From Lama guanicoe (lineage: Eukaryota), in assembly GCA_013239625.1 (NCBI GenBank), contig MU054323.1, positions 18,804,819-18,868,818 on the forward strand: a stretch of DNA of 64,000 bases, given 5' to 3'. The position numbers and the translations under genes are program-made. The notes below the pieces were generated by a model, which worked only from the letters and a program-made list of their open reading frames with translations, was not told the origin of the DNA and did no database searches. Positions 37,806 to 51,019 of the stretch are shown in pieces. Position 1 is the first letter of the stretch; every line of letters begins with the position of its first letter.

Positions 37806-38036
37806 TTAAACTGAAGTTTACTTGATTTATGATTGTGTTAGTTTATTATCATACTTAGTGAAGTAAGTCAGGCAGAGGAAGATGAATACCATATGATATC
37901 ACTTACATGTGGAATCTAAAAAATGATATACATGAACTTATTTGCAAAACGGAAAGAGACTCACAGAAAACAAACCTATGGTTACCAAAGGAGAAAGGCT
38001 GGGGGAGGGATGAACTAGGACACCGGGATTAGCAGT
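37806..38036 (-). mobile_element. Short L1 insertion with a 5' inversion (twin-priming structure)
   Basis: Antisense L1 3' terminus at 37806-37844 joined to sense L1 ORF2-end/3'UTR at 37845-38035; TSD taccattcttt (37795-37805) / taccgttcttt (38037-38047). Confidence 0.85.
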
Positions 38037-38362
38037 TACCGTTCTTTATAACATGGTGATGGTAACTGATTCTCAATACATATCTGAAGAATCAATGAAA
38101 ATGTCCACAAAATAGGCAAATGAAATTCAAAACCAAGATTTATCGTAGATAATTTAATTCTATTCTGGCAAATCAACTGATACTCCTGATTTACCAGCAC
38201 ATTTTGTAGTAATGAGGTTAATATGTTAAATTTTTCTGATTCATAGATACTTTGGGAAATCTATGTAATAAATTTCATAGATGCTTTTAATAGGCATTAG
38301 GATATCTAAATATCAGTACCAATAATTTTTTTTCATAAAAATTACCTGTTAAGCATAGTCAT

Positions 38363-38813
38363 TGTGGTAAATAAAATAACACTTCTCTCAAGAAAAGGTA
38401 TCCACATGCTAATCCTCAGCATCAGCGAATACGTTACCTTCCACAGTAAAAGGGCCACTAAGGATCTTCAAATAGGGAAATTATCCTCGATTATTCAAGG
38501 GGTCCTAATGAAACCACAGATCTTGTAAGAGGTAGACAAGAGGGTCAAAATTAGAAAAAGGAGATGACCATAAAACCAGAGGTTGGAGTGCTGTGCTTTG
38601 ATGATAAAGGAAGGGGACTGCTAGCCAAGTAAGATTGCTGCCCTCCAGAAACTAAAAAAGGCAAGGATTGTCCTTTGAAGCCTCCAGAAGGAAGGCAGAC
38701 ATTCTAAGTCCTAGATTTTAGAATCCTGAGCTCTAGATTAAGAGAAGAACTGCATTGTCTTAAACCACTGTGTTTGTGATAATTTGCTAGAGCAGCAATA
38801 GCAAACTAATTCA
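38363..38813 (+). mobile_element. MLT1D-type MaLR solo LTR
   Basis: tgtggtaaataaaataac...ccacatgctaatcc...gaagcctccagaagga...taatttgctagagcagcaatagcaaactaattca. Confidence 0.85.
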
Positions 38814-39670
38814 AACAAAATGAAGGTACTCCCTTTAAATAAAGTCAAGTTAAAGCTTAAATTATTTACATGGACATGCTTTTTCTCCATTGTACTGAGT
38901 TTGTATTGTGTGGGTCACTGACATTGAGACCCTGATGCTCTGAGCATGAGTGAGCCTCTGCCAAACCTGAATAACACACTGAGACTTACTTACCACCTGT
39001 TGTTCCCTCGTGTGCAAAAGCATATGGAACGGCAAAGACTCAGAGATTTCAAGGTTAAATTCAACATCAGTGAGCAATGCTCATAATGAAACTGTAATTT
39101 GGATTCACTTGGTTTACATTTATCTTATCAGCTTAGTGAAACACAAGGTAGTTCTTGTTACTGATTAAGTGATTAGTTGTTCATGGACTTAGGGGCAGCT
39201 ATGTTTGGTATTTTCCATTGGTTTCTTTCCCCATAGCTATTATTATTATATGAGTTCTGTTAGAGCTGATAAGAAAATGTCTAATTAATGACTGACCTTC
39301 CATTTTCCTTGTGCGATTCCACGGCTATCAAATTTGTTCAGGGAATAGACATAGTGATAAAACCCCAAACAAAACAAAACAAGCTGAACACACTCAACAG
39401 TGGAGAGCCTCCACTGAAAAAAAAAAATTACCCTTGTAGCTTAAACAAGCTCTCATCTCTTCCCAAAGAAAACATGCTCTAATCTGTGGTCATCTTCTCT
39501 GCTAAAAACTCAGCCCCTCTCAGCTGGATTAAATAAATTTGTACTTTTAAACAAAGATATTTGGGATATTATCCAGGCGAAAAGAAATGGAATTACAGAT
39601 GTGGATATAGTGACATGACATGGATAAATATTCTTGATAGATGGTTAAGATTACAAAGCAATCTATGAAG

Positions 39671-40150
39671 CAGCAGCTCCCAATCTTTTTAGTTTCAAGA
39701 CTCCTTTATGTGGAAGATACCAAAGATATTTTGTTTATGTGGATTATATCTATTTATAACTATCAGAGATTAAAATTGAGCCATATTTAATATATTTATT
39801 TATTAAATAATTTAAGATAGCAGTAGAGGAGCCATTGCATATTTACATTAATAACCTCTTTTATACAAATAATTTACTTTTCACATAATTTGATCTAGTG
39901 AGAAGAGTGGCATTGTTTTTGCACTCTGCAAATCTCTTTTAATGTCTTGCTTGATGGAGGGCAGCTGCATTCTCAGATCTGCTTCTGCCTTCTGGTCTCA
40001 AAAACTTTACTCTGCATATGTGAGAGAATGAGAATGAAGGAAGGAAATAATGTCTTGATATTTCGATAGAAATACAGTTTTGACCTCTTGAGCTCCATGG
40101 GAGGTTCTGGGAGGCCTCTAGGGGTCCCTGGACCATACATTGAGAACTAT
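39671..40150. mobile_element. Charlie4a-like hAT DNA transposon
   Basis: tagtgagaagagtggcattgttttt...gcaaatctcttttaatgtc...cagctgcattctc...ggggtccctggaccatacattgagaac. Confidence 0.8.
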
Positions 40151-40289
40151 AGGCTGTATGTGTCTGCATGTTTATCTCCATATCTATCTATTCACCTATC
40201 TATCCTCTAGTTCCTTAGAAAACATTTTGGAAGAATTTTGATTCCATAAAATACTGAATTTACTACTACCAGAGCATAGTTGCAGCATT

Positions 40290-40520
40290 ATTCATAGTTA
40301 GTATTTTGAGTGTTTACTATGTTCCAGACATTGGGATAAACACTTAAAATTATTATGTTGTTCAGTCGTCACAAAAACCCTATGAATCACATAATCTCAT
40401 TACAGATGAGGAAACCCATTCTACAGGTGAGGAAACAGATAAGAATAATAAGGACCTTGCCATTTAGCAACTGGTAGAATGAGGATTTTACTCCAGCATG
40501 TCTCACCCTGGCACATGTGT
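40290..40520 (-). mobile_element. MIR with a duplicated core
   Basis: gagtgtttactatgttccagacattgg...cattacagatgaggaaacccattctacaggtgaggaaacag. Confidence 0.8.
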
Positions 40521-40570
40521 TATCTGTTGTCATAAAATCTAAGAGGAATATTAGTTAACAGAGCATTAAA

Positions 40571-40596
40571 GTGTGTGTGTGTGTGTGTGTGTGTGT
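40571..40596. repeat. (GT)n microsatellite
   Basis: Direct reading. Confidence 0.9.
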
Positions 40597-41527
40597 TTGT
40601 ATGTTCCTGCACACATGTGAGTCTTTGATTTTTGCAAATGTAAGCTCTTTGAGGGCAGGAAAGTGCGCAATACTTGATTCTATTCTAAACTGTAAGCAAT
40701 CCATCTTGGTGATCTTGTAATAGGTTGTTTTTCTTTCTGTTAATATGGAAACACTTTTCCCCATTTACACCATGCGTGGAAAAGCTTTATATTTGAAGAA
40801 CATAAAAATATGAGTCAATTATTTATTTACATTTTTTGGAAGAGTTTTTAAATCCTTAGAATACCAATGGATACCTTTTTTATGATTCATTGTAGAAGAA
40901 GTTATTTGTGTCTATCTTTCAACAAGATTACTGACTTGGGGAATATTACGTTCCTAATTTTTTAAACATTTTTTTTCCAGGAAATTGATCAAATTAGTAT
41001 TCAACTCTTCAATCATTTAGAATAAGTTGTTTTGGACTTTTGAGTCCACTCATAAACTATCAATTAAGGATGGCAGTGATTAGATTTTACAATTAATGTT
41101 AAAATAGAAATTTGACACTAAATCAGTTCTAAACCTAGAGTCTGAATCAGCAGTTCATGAGCCATGAATAAATTGGCTCACCAGAGCTGGTAGCCCATCA
41201 GATCCATACAGGTTGTAGGAGGTCATGCTGGCGTGGCATACAAAACGGATTCTGTTACAGCAATTGTATTGAAATGTTGCCTCGCCCATAGGCAAGTTCT
41301 GTCTTGTTCAGGCTTTCTTGTAGTTTCTCAGACATCGCCAATAAATTATTTCCCAGCCCCTCTTTTCCCTCAATTTACGTAAAGCCAATTGTATTAGGCT
41401 GAAAAGCCTTTTCAAACTGGTTCTCCTCACAGTCTGTACTTTCATTTTCTAAATATGCACAGAAACAAACAAAACAAAAGCAAACTATAAACAGAAAATA
41501 ATTGAAAATCCACTTTTTTTCCCCTAG

Positions 41528-41619
41528 GTTGATCGTAATTTGCAGCGATTCCGTAGGGAGAACTCGAAGGAGTGTTTGAAAGCTAAAAGTGATGGAGTCC
41601 ATAAACTATTTCCTGAGTG
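41528..41619 (+). other. Candidate 92-nt internal exon (gene unknown; lncRNA or unrecognised coding)
   Basis: Acceptor tttttttcccctag|G, donor TG|gtaagt; 4 CpGs; one open frame, VDRNLQRFRRENSKECLKAKSDGVHKLFPE. Confidence 0.3.
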
Positions 41620-42225
41620 GTAAGTGAAGGTTGGGGCAGAAATCTGAAAATCAAACTCTCACTTGGGTAAAAATCTTTCCAAGGAGGGTCAGCTACTATT
41701 CTGGTATAATGGAGGGTTTAATAATTTCATATCTATTTCTAAATGGAGTTTGCCAGAAAATTTGGGAAAATAATGCTAAAAAGTATGAAATGTTTTCTGA
41801 GAAGTCAACAACCTAGTACATTCCAAAGGCTTATCTGTTGCAGATACCCTGAATTCATAAACCCGGAAGGTTCACCCAGAAAATTAAGTAAATTCTCCAT
41901 TTACTTAAATGACAAGTACTTGCCCTTGGCCTGGCACCTCATGTCATTTAACAAGAAGACTTAGTCGTACAAACATGACTTGCACCAGCCAACAGCTTTG
42001 AGATGCCGTTGGTAGTCAGAAGTTTGATATCTCCAGTAGAGCTGGGCTCTCTGTTCCTCACAATCCAACAGTCTCTTTCCTCTTTAGTAATAAAAGTATA
42101 AAACCCAGGGTCAGAAGAGAAACAGAGGACCGTGCACAGATTCTCCGTAAGCTAGCCCTTCAAACATGGATTTTTGGTTGTTTCCTCTCATTTGCCATGT
42201 CATCACGTGTCTCCCTCATGTCAGC

Positions 42226-42226
<1 letters not shown>

Positions 42227-42257
<31 letters not shown>

Positions 42258-42260
42258 GTG
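42227..42260. repeat. (TG)n microsatellite
   Basis: Direct reading. Confidence 0.9.
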
Positions 42261-44369
42261 GTGTGCTATAATCCATTATCACAGTCTGCAGGAAAGAATT
42301 CTCACTTTGTAGTAAGAAGGCCAGTGGCTGAATTGTGGCTCATTCCAGTGGTGCTGCTTAGAAAATTAGGCAAAAGACATTACTACAATGCCTCTTAAAA
42401 AGCAAATGTTTTCCTGTATCACTCTATCTCTCAAGTAAATTTTAATAATAAGAAGAAATAAGGGTTTTTTAATTGTTTCACTTGAGGATAAAGAGAAATC
42501 AGAATAATTTCTTTTATTGCAGCTAATGAGCCTGTTATGATTTTGCATTGCTACTAAATGACTTATTCAAGGTACTGCTTTGTTGCAAGGTGCTACAATT
42601 AAAAACATTATTTTTCACTGATAGTCGCCAGTTTTTATTCAAAGGATGTGTATGACTTTAATTGGATAGTGTCACTTTACTGTTATAAACTTATTGGAGT
42701 ATTCTCTAGAGCCAAGTTTTCATTCCTAAATTCCTTAATGAAGCCTGTTTGTTTTTTTTTTAATTTGTGGTTATGCTGTATAATAAGGTCACTAAAATTT
42801 TTTTCAAAGGATTTGAGTTCTCTTTTTGCTTGCTAAATTATAGACTTATATGTAGCATTTCATACTTCTAAAATGTTTCAACTGTATGAATTCTCACAAA
42901 CTATGAGCCCTCAGAGATGAAGGATTCAGAAGATGTGATTTATAGAGACAAAAACACGTGAATCAGAGCATAGATATCAATTTTATCCTGGACTCCCCAG
43001 AACTGCCCACCCTAAACATCTGTGAACAAATGTGAAGCTCTCTCCCATAAACATTACAATGAATGCTATTATGTTATAATCCATATCTTTAATCTAATAA
43101 TCTTGTGAATGACTTGCCCTCCCTTTTGTTGCTTTGAGCTTAATATGCACTATCCTTCAAACTCTGTTTCCCAAAACATATCACTGAACCAAAGGTCAGC
43201 CTGGCTTGAGTTATGTGAGCTGCTAATCCATTGCCACTTCACAGTTACCATGTAAAGTCATCATGTAATGGAAATAGACCTAATTTTCAGAAACGAATTC
43301 TTGGGGAAAGTGTAACAGGAAGGGAATGTTTAAAATCTGTCATAGAATAAAGATTCATAATGACTTGGACAAATGTATCTTTTAACTGAAATGGAGAAGA
43401 GGGACTTGATTAATCAGAAACTCAGGTGAAATCCTGGATGTTGGCTGTTTTTGTAGCACATTTCCTGTTACGGTACTTTAAGACACCAAGGTAACCCTCT
43501 GATTTGAATAGTAACAATGGGGGTAAATCAACTGGGGCCTCTTTGAATAGACAATTCCTTTAAAAACATGTGGGTCTCTGGTCTGTTTGCTTCCATATGT
43601 TGCATCGAAAGTCAGAGCCATTGTCTTATCACAGTCTTTGAGCCTAAGACACAGCTTCAGGATTTTTCTTTGCTGCTGGTCAGTCTTGGTGTAGTTGTAC
43701 TACCTAGTCTAGGGTCCCTTTGATGTCCGCCATGTTGGATGATGTAAAAATGAAGGGTGGGTGGTGAGGTAAGAATAAGCTACACGTTGCTCTAGGTTGA
43801 ACCCAGTGACATCTCCTTAATGAGGGGTCATGACACTTCTTAATGTAGAGTAATCTTGACAAAGGTGCTGAGGCACTGGCCTTGCCATTCCTGGGCCTCA
43901 GTCATGTTTCTGCCATGTCTGCTTCTTCCTCGTCTCTGCTGCTACTAGGCTGCTAGGACAGAGAGTGGGCTTTTCAAACCCTGAATATGTGCAAATGATC
44001 AGATTCTCGTTCTCAGTCTACTTGGATTACAGATTATATTCAGAAAAGTCTTCTTCCAGAAAAGCAGGTTTTTCTTCCCTCGCTGATCTCTGAATGGTCA
44101 GCTTCAATGCAGGCCTCCATTCCAGCAGCACTCGGTAAGACTGAGTAGCCAACACAATCTAGCATATAGAAAATTTCCTGGCAAATATCTTAATGCTGAA
44201 GCCTTGTAGCATGTGCTCTGCTAATCCAGGAATAATAGCGTACTGTTTCAGAAAGAAAGAATTAACTTAATAGTAGAACTAGTCAGTTTGTTAACCCAGT
44301 ATGCTCACTTTACTGTTTCCTCCTAATTGCAACCCATTTCACATTTTGGACCTGTTACATGTTAGCACT

Positions 44370-44840
44370 CCTCTTTCTTGAATCAAATTCTGTTATCAGC
44401 TAAGACATTTTCATTTATAATTAAAAGAAGACCCATCTCCACTCTTTAACATAATGACAGGAATTAGTTTTTTTCATTACTTTAAAAGCTCAAGTTTCTA
44501 GGTAATCATTTGATCATAGTTCTGATCTCTCTTTTTGGTTGACAGTCTAATTCTAGGCTCTCCTCTCTGCATTTTCCTCATGATAACAACATGGCTGCCA
44601 GTCCAGACTTCACACTCATATGTGTACCCCACATTGTGAAACAGAGACAGAGAGGGAGAGAGGAGGAAGATAGAGTAGGGGGAGAGAGAGGGAGAGAGGA
44701 AGAGGGGGACAGAGGGAGAGAACCTGTTTCCCAGTCTCCCAGAATTACCAGGAAAGAACAACGAAATGTCTCATGTTTTATGCTCCCCTCTGAATACATT
44801 GGTCTCCCTTAACTTAGGTCACATTGCTCCTTCCCTTTGT
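44370..44840 (-). mobile_element. Old MaLR LTR (MLT1J/K-like) with an expanded GA-rich tract
   Basis: aacatggctgccagtccagacttcacac ... cattggtctcccttaacttaggtcacattgctcc; purine tract at 44641-44722. Confidence 0.55.
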
Positions 44841-45589
44841 CTTCTCCAGAATGGGATGGATCAGTGGACTGACACAGCAGATACCTGCTTCATTTGTGGA
44901 GACCAAGAGACAGTAATGTGTATGACAAGGGTCTGCACATCATGCGATATCAGGACTTGGTGAATATGAAGGTGATGATGAATCTTCAGACTGGAACAGA
45001 GACTTTGTCCATAGCTTACAAATATCATGTATGAGAACTGACCAAGTCATTTCATTGAATATAAGCACGATATGGACAACCATAGGCTGAAGTTACAATA
45101 AAACTTAACTTAACCTTAGGGCTATGTTCATGAAGTACACATTAGACACAGGAAAAGTACTAGACTTAGTTTTAATTTAGGCTGGCTAGACTCAACTTGG
45201 AATGCAATTTTTAGGTATGACTCACAATTTAAAAGTGACATGATAGGAATTGTGGAGAAGGGCATGTGGATTTTTTAAAAATGCCATCTAAGTATGATGA
45301 TCAGAAAGTCATTTCTTAACATTTGCTGCATAAGTTTATTCATGGCCATCCGGGTCCTGTGAGAGAGTGTAGGCTTCAGACATACACATATATCATATGC
45401 ATATGTATGATTTTATTTTATATTTATGTAATTTATTTTAATTTACTTATGAAAGTATATGTTTGAAAGTAAATGTATGAAAACTTTCTCACTGCAGAAA
45501 TTCTAATAATACTATTAAACTATATTAAGTAAGCAAAGCTCTTCTTTATCTTCACAATATAATTCCTGACTTTAGAGGTATAATTCATA

Positions 45590-46550
45590 AACTTATTTAT
45601 TATTTTGTTTTATGTTATAAAAAATTGAAAACTATGGAAAATATGAGAATAATTTATTGAAAACATATACAAATTTTAAATAAACCTCTTACAGAAATCA
45701 TCACCCAGCTTAAATAATTTTTAACATTTTAAATTATTTTATGTAGACGTATTTTAAAAGACATAAAAAATTTCAGATACACATGCAGAACTCTTTGAAT
45801 AGCTCTCCTAACAGTAGTCACTTGTTTCTTTCCTAAAATAATCCCTCATTCCTATTTTGGTATATATCTTTCCTTCAGTGATTTACCAGTTTTGCCAAAA
45901 ATTTGCATGTTAAGTTTTAAGATTTAAATAGATATTTTTGCTTCATATTATTTTTGAGGTTTCATGACATTAACACAAGTAGATTTAGTCCATCTATTTT
46001 TAAGTGATGTAGTATACTCAGGTGTGTGATTACAACCACAGTATGTATTCTGTTTCGTTCTCAGTGCATGTGTAGATTATTTATAATATTTCACTTAGTC
46101 AAGAAATTCAATTTAGGTGCTATTGTAAAATTGCTCTCAAAGTTGGTAGACCAATTTAGATTCATACCAGAAAGAAACGAGTTACTGTTTACTCACATAT
46201 ATTAACATGTTTGTTGCAAATCTTATGGGTGTAATTTTAATTAATTACATTTTATGGTGCTTTTTACTAGTGAAATTCAGCATCTGTCCTTGGCCATTTG
46301 AATTTCTTCCTTATGAATTCAAAACCTTTGCTTGTTTTTCATATTGGCTCTTTTAAATTATTCTTACTTGATTTATATGTTATTTGTGTTTGCTGTCTGC
46401 TATTCTTTCATAGTTTGCATATATTAAAAATAATTTTATCAAAATTGTGGCCTATCCTTTATATTTCTTTATGAAATCTCTTCTTGTGAAGATGTTATTT
46501 ATCTTATGACTTTCAATTTACCAGTCTTTCCCTTGATGGTTATGTCTCTT
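45590..46550 (-). mobile_element. Very old L1ME 3' region
   Basis: cacccagcttaaataattttaacatt; aaattgctctcaaagttggtagaccaatttagattcataccag; ggccatttgaatttcttcc. Confidence 0.7.
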
Positions 46551-47039
46551 GCTCCTGTGTGATATACTCCAGCTGGCAGAGTGTGTGCGAGTGTGTGCGT
46601 CTGTGAGGGTGTGCACGTGCGCGTTTCTTTACATACTGCTTTCTAAGCCTTTGCCTTTTCCCCTTTTCTTATGACAACACCCAAGGTCATAAGTACATCT
46701 AAACGCATTTTTTTCTTCATCTTACTGTTATTTTATTCAGTACCTCATTCATAAGTGGACATCCTGAAAGTAACTATAACATTTAGCAATATTAAAACTC
46801 CTAATGTCTATAGACAGAAATAGAGGCTCCCCAATTACCTGACCAAGAGCTTGCCTGATATATTCTTGGTTGGCAGGAAAAGAGATTGAAGTTGTTGATT
46901 TTGCTTCCTACAGCCACATAAAGTCTAGGGTAGTGAATAACTCAGGGTTGGCACTTAATCTTTTGGCAACTCATCAGGTGTGAAGAAAATGATCCATAAA
47001 TTCTGTTGACAGAAGACTTCTCAGACAGCGGGAAGACTT

Positions 47040-47420
47040 AGGAGGGAGTGATTGAGGAAACTGATGATATTTAGGCTTGGGAAGGTAGAAGCCTTGGAGG
47101 ACACTGGAGCATGAGAGTTATCTTAAAGTAATTAAGGTGCTGTCACGTAGGAGAGGGCTAAGACTTTCCCTGTGCATCCATAGACGTTTAAAGAATGAAT
47201 CAATAGGTTGAATTAGTGTTCCAGTAAAGTGTAAGAAAATCATCAGTGGCATAAAATGTGAATGAACATGGGTGATTTCAAAAACATCACTGTAAGTATA
47301 AGTGAATCACTCTGCTCTATACCAGAAATTAACACAGCATTGTAATTGACTATACTTCGATTAAAAAAAAATTGCTGGAAATGTTGAATAAAAGACTAGA
47401 TGACCTTTTCTTGTAGAGGA
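47040..47420 (+). mobile_element. L3/CR1 3' fragment, interrupted by a tiny L1 tail
   Basis: atatttaggcttgggaag...ttatcttaaagtaattaaggtgctgtcacgtaggagagggctaagact matches the L3 consensus. Confidence 0.65.
47296..47370 (+). mobile_element. L1 3'-terminal insertion of about 75 bp
   Basis: gtataagtgaatcactctgctctataccagaaattaacacagcattgtaattgactatacttcgatt(A)n. Confidence 0.85.
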
Positions 47421-48114
47421 TTATAGATTTTAGATAAAGAGGTGTGCTATTATTTTTTACTTTAGGATTACAGAAAAATAAAAGTTACAGTGTTCAACAA
47501 TGAAATGGACTATGTAGGGAAGTATAGGGCTTTTCATATTTCAAGTAAGAAAAACAAATGATTGAGAGGTGCAATAAAGGATGTTCCTCTAGCTTGTAGA
47601 ATATTTTTACTTATATGACCCCTGTTAAACCATTAAAGATAACAATTATTCAGAAATGGATAGCATGAAATAGAGATAAATACATGTAAATTACTCTAAA
47701 CAACTGTAAAACAATGATGCCTATAGTGAGCTGAGCTTAGATTATATGTTATATTAAATGCAATTTCATTCTTAAGAAATGACTGGGAGAGGGGTGAGCC
47801 ACAGGTATTTCCTGTGGTTGGATTGGCTTCTTGAATTTTTCTAGATTCCCTCCAGCAGAGCTTTTCATAGTACTGTAAATTTACATCACTTATTTTTAGT
47901 AATGTTAGATTAAACTAGCTAAATTGACATAATGCTTTCTGCCAATTAAAGATTTCAGTTCGGAGTAGTTATACTGTTTATTTCCCAAAGAACTAAATTT
48001 TTGCATTCCATTTTTGTAGTAAGTAAATTTAGGTATAACCCAAATGCATAACTTACACCAAAACCAGGAATCTAATTTTTTTTCTCACCTCAAGGTGCAG
48101 CCCTCTGACAATTA

Positions 48115-48342
48115 GACCAACCATGTAGTTGAACTTCTTATTGTGGTGGAAACGTTCTCTATCTGTGCTATCCAATATGGCGGCCTCTCTCTAATAAACC
48201 TTTGAAACATGGCTAGTGTTACTGAGAAACTGATTTTTTTTTTTGAGGAACTGAAATTTTAAATAGTATTCAATTTGTATTAATTTAAATCTAAATATAA
48301 ATAGCTACATATGGCTAGTGGCTACCACATTGGCAGTGCAGG
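48115..48342. mobile_element. MER3 hAT-Charlie MITE
   Basis: ggaaacgttctctatctgtgctatccaatatgg...gaggaactgaaatttt...atagctacatatggctagtggctaccacattggcagtgcag. Confidence 0.85.
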
Positions 48343-51019
48343 CTAAACACATTTTACCATTGTACTTTTCAGAGATAACCCTCAACTTTTATGGGTTTAT
48401 TTAAGACTTACCCAGAATCTCAGTAATTCTAATTGAGCTTCCTAATGCTTCAAATCAACTGGAATATGAAGATAGAGAAGGGAAGTGAAATTTGCAAGTT
48501 ACCATCATCTTCTGTATTTCAGTGACGAAGTCTTATTGAGACTACAATGTGATGGATTCTTTCTAGGCTCTGTGGATACAGCCTGCATCAACAAATTTAC
48601 TTTCCACATAACTAGATACGTTCAGTCTTGTCTAGTAGCTTTTTGGATATTTACCGAAGTAATTCTTGGTATAATCTCTGAACATTTCTTCAAATTAATT
48701 GTATTACTCTGTAAATGGGACAAGTATTATCCTCTTCTGAAGAAAATGAAACAGGTGATACCTTTTAACAAAAGAATTAGATTTGTTTAAGTGCTTCTAT
48801 CACTCTGCTAGGTGCAGGAAATACAAGGATAAATGACAGAGAACTCCTCTCTAGTCCTTACGAGTCTTAAGGACAAGGGCCTTGAAGTTTTCATGATTTT
48901 ATCAGAATATCTAAAAAGTTGTGGGATCTTAATACATTTATTAAATGGTTGAGCAGTTTTTACTTCAAAGAAGTTACAATCCAGTGTGGAAGACACATTT
49001 AAATCATAATAATGAGCAATGGGGAAGGTACAAACAGTCTAGAAAGAGCCACACATTGTATTGTCCACTGAAGACTTATGTATCCATTAGGGATTGGTCT
49101 TGGAAAATCTTAGCAGTAGATACAACTTTTTCAACCATTATATTTTTTAACTTAACTTTGCCATTTCCACCTGTTTTTTTATTTTATTTTTTACTGATTC
49201 TTAATATGACAAGGGCCTTATGCCATCCCAATGTTTCATTGTGCAACTTCTAACAACTTGCCTCCCTAATATGTCAAAGTAGATGTTCTTAACCCAGTTT
49301 CTTCAGTGCCTTGACCTTATTAAGTACTTAAAAGGAAATCTATCTGCTGTAACTAATAAACTTTAATATAGTACTGCATTAATCTTCTCAGGGATATTTA
49401 CATTAAGTTCATTTAGTCATCAGAAATCTTGTTAATCCAAAAGAAAGCATTACAGATATTTTTGACATTTTTGAAGGGAAACATTTGAGGGCTTTCCCAG
49501 TGCCCCTTAGATCTCAGGAATAGGCAATGGCTTCTCTTGCTTTGATTGAGGCCAGCTCTCAGGAGGTACTGGGAAAATGTGTGTTTAGTTTGAGCTCTAA
49601 TCCGTAACATAAGGCTATTAATTACTTTTTGTAATTCAATTTCTCACTCTAAAATGAGAATCTTATCTAAATTTAACTTCCCATGGCGTGGTGCAGATTA
49701 ATTAGATAACATACAATGAACTATTCCTTCAGAAGCTGATCTTTGGGAAAGGTCTGTATGGGAAATCCTCACTATTCTACTGCCAGATACTCAATGCATA
49801 AACTGGTAATTGTAATCTTTCTCTGTTAAGACCTTGAAGATTTGTCTCTGATGGGTTTGATCAAGAACCTTATCAAACAATACTTGCTAATCTCTTCTTG
49901 TTAAATTGGCATAGTCTTTAATTGAGAATTTATCTTCACCTACTCATAGGCTCATTAGAATTTCTGAATTTATGAGTATCTCCAGAGTTTATTCCCAAAG
50001 AAAGCAGAAGTTTTCCTTGGTATCTAAATTCGCTGGGTGTGTGGGTATTATCTTTATCTCAGTCAAAGTTTCCCCTAACACTGAACTGATTTTCTAATTT
50101 TTTTCTTCTTCTTCAATCTGTTTAGAAAGCCCTATTCCTTACAATCACCCAGTAGTAGCGATCTCTCAATAACTACCTTAGGGTACTGTTCCTGAGATAA
50201 AGATAGTTATTTATTAATAACATATGATCTTATTTCTAGGTTTACCCACCCTGTGATTCATCAATTAATATATAAATTGATTTTGCATGAGTTCTTTCAC
50301 ATACTCTATGCACTGGCATAATCATTATTTTAAGGAGCTTAAATAAAATTACATATGATGGAAATAAGCTCCTCTTTTCTTCCTTTCCCTCCTTCTCCTT
50401 CCTTTTTTTATACAGCCTTCTCATCTTATTCCTCCTTTTTTTTTTTTCATCACTCTCTCCCCTTGTATAACTTCATGCAAGGGCATTTCTTAATTATGAG
50501 AGAAACAGACAATTTTGTTAATTTCAGTTTTTTCAGATCGTTCCTCTATTCTCAGAGTCAAAACTAGTTTCTGGATTACTTCTTGAGCCTGCAGATAGGT
50601 CATAATTCCCATGGTGATAATCTCTTAAACCATCTTTTTTTTTTTTAACTCAACAAATCTTAGACCTTTCAACAAGCTGGCACAGGACAAAGGGCTTGGC
50701 TATACTTTCACTGCCAGAACACAAGGCAGTCCCTTTTCTGTGGAGAACAAACACTTGCACCATAGTTACGCTGTGGTCACCTGAGGCTGCTTAATTCCCA
50801 TCTAGAGAAACTGCTCAGTGTCAGGGACGGTCACGTCTTGCAGTCTAGCACATTCAGAAGAACATGTAGGAATGCTCAAGACTCGTAACAGACTTATTCC
50901 CACAGAGAGTTGTGATACAGAGAAGATTATATTATTTACTCAACAGCATACAAATTGTAAAAGACAGATTTGAACCCAGGGCTATTTAATTTCATAGTTT
51001 CTATGGTACACTGGTAAGT

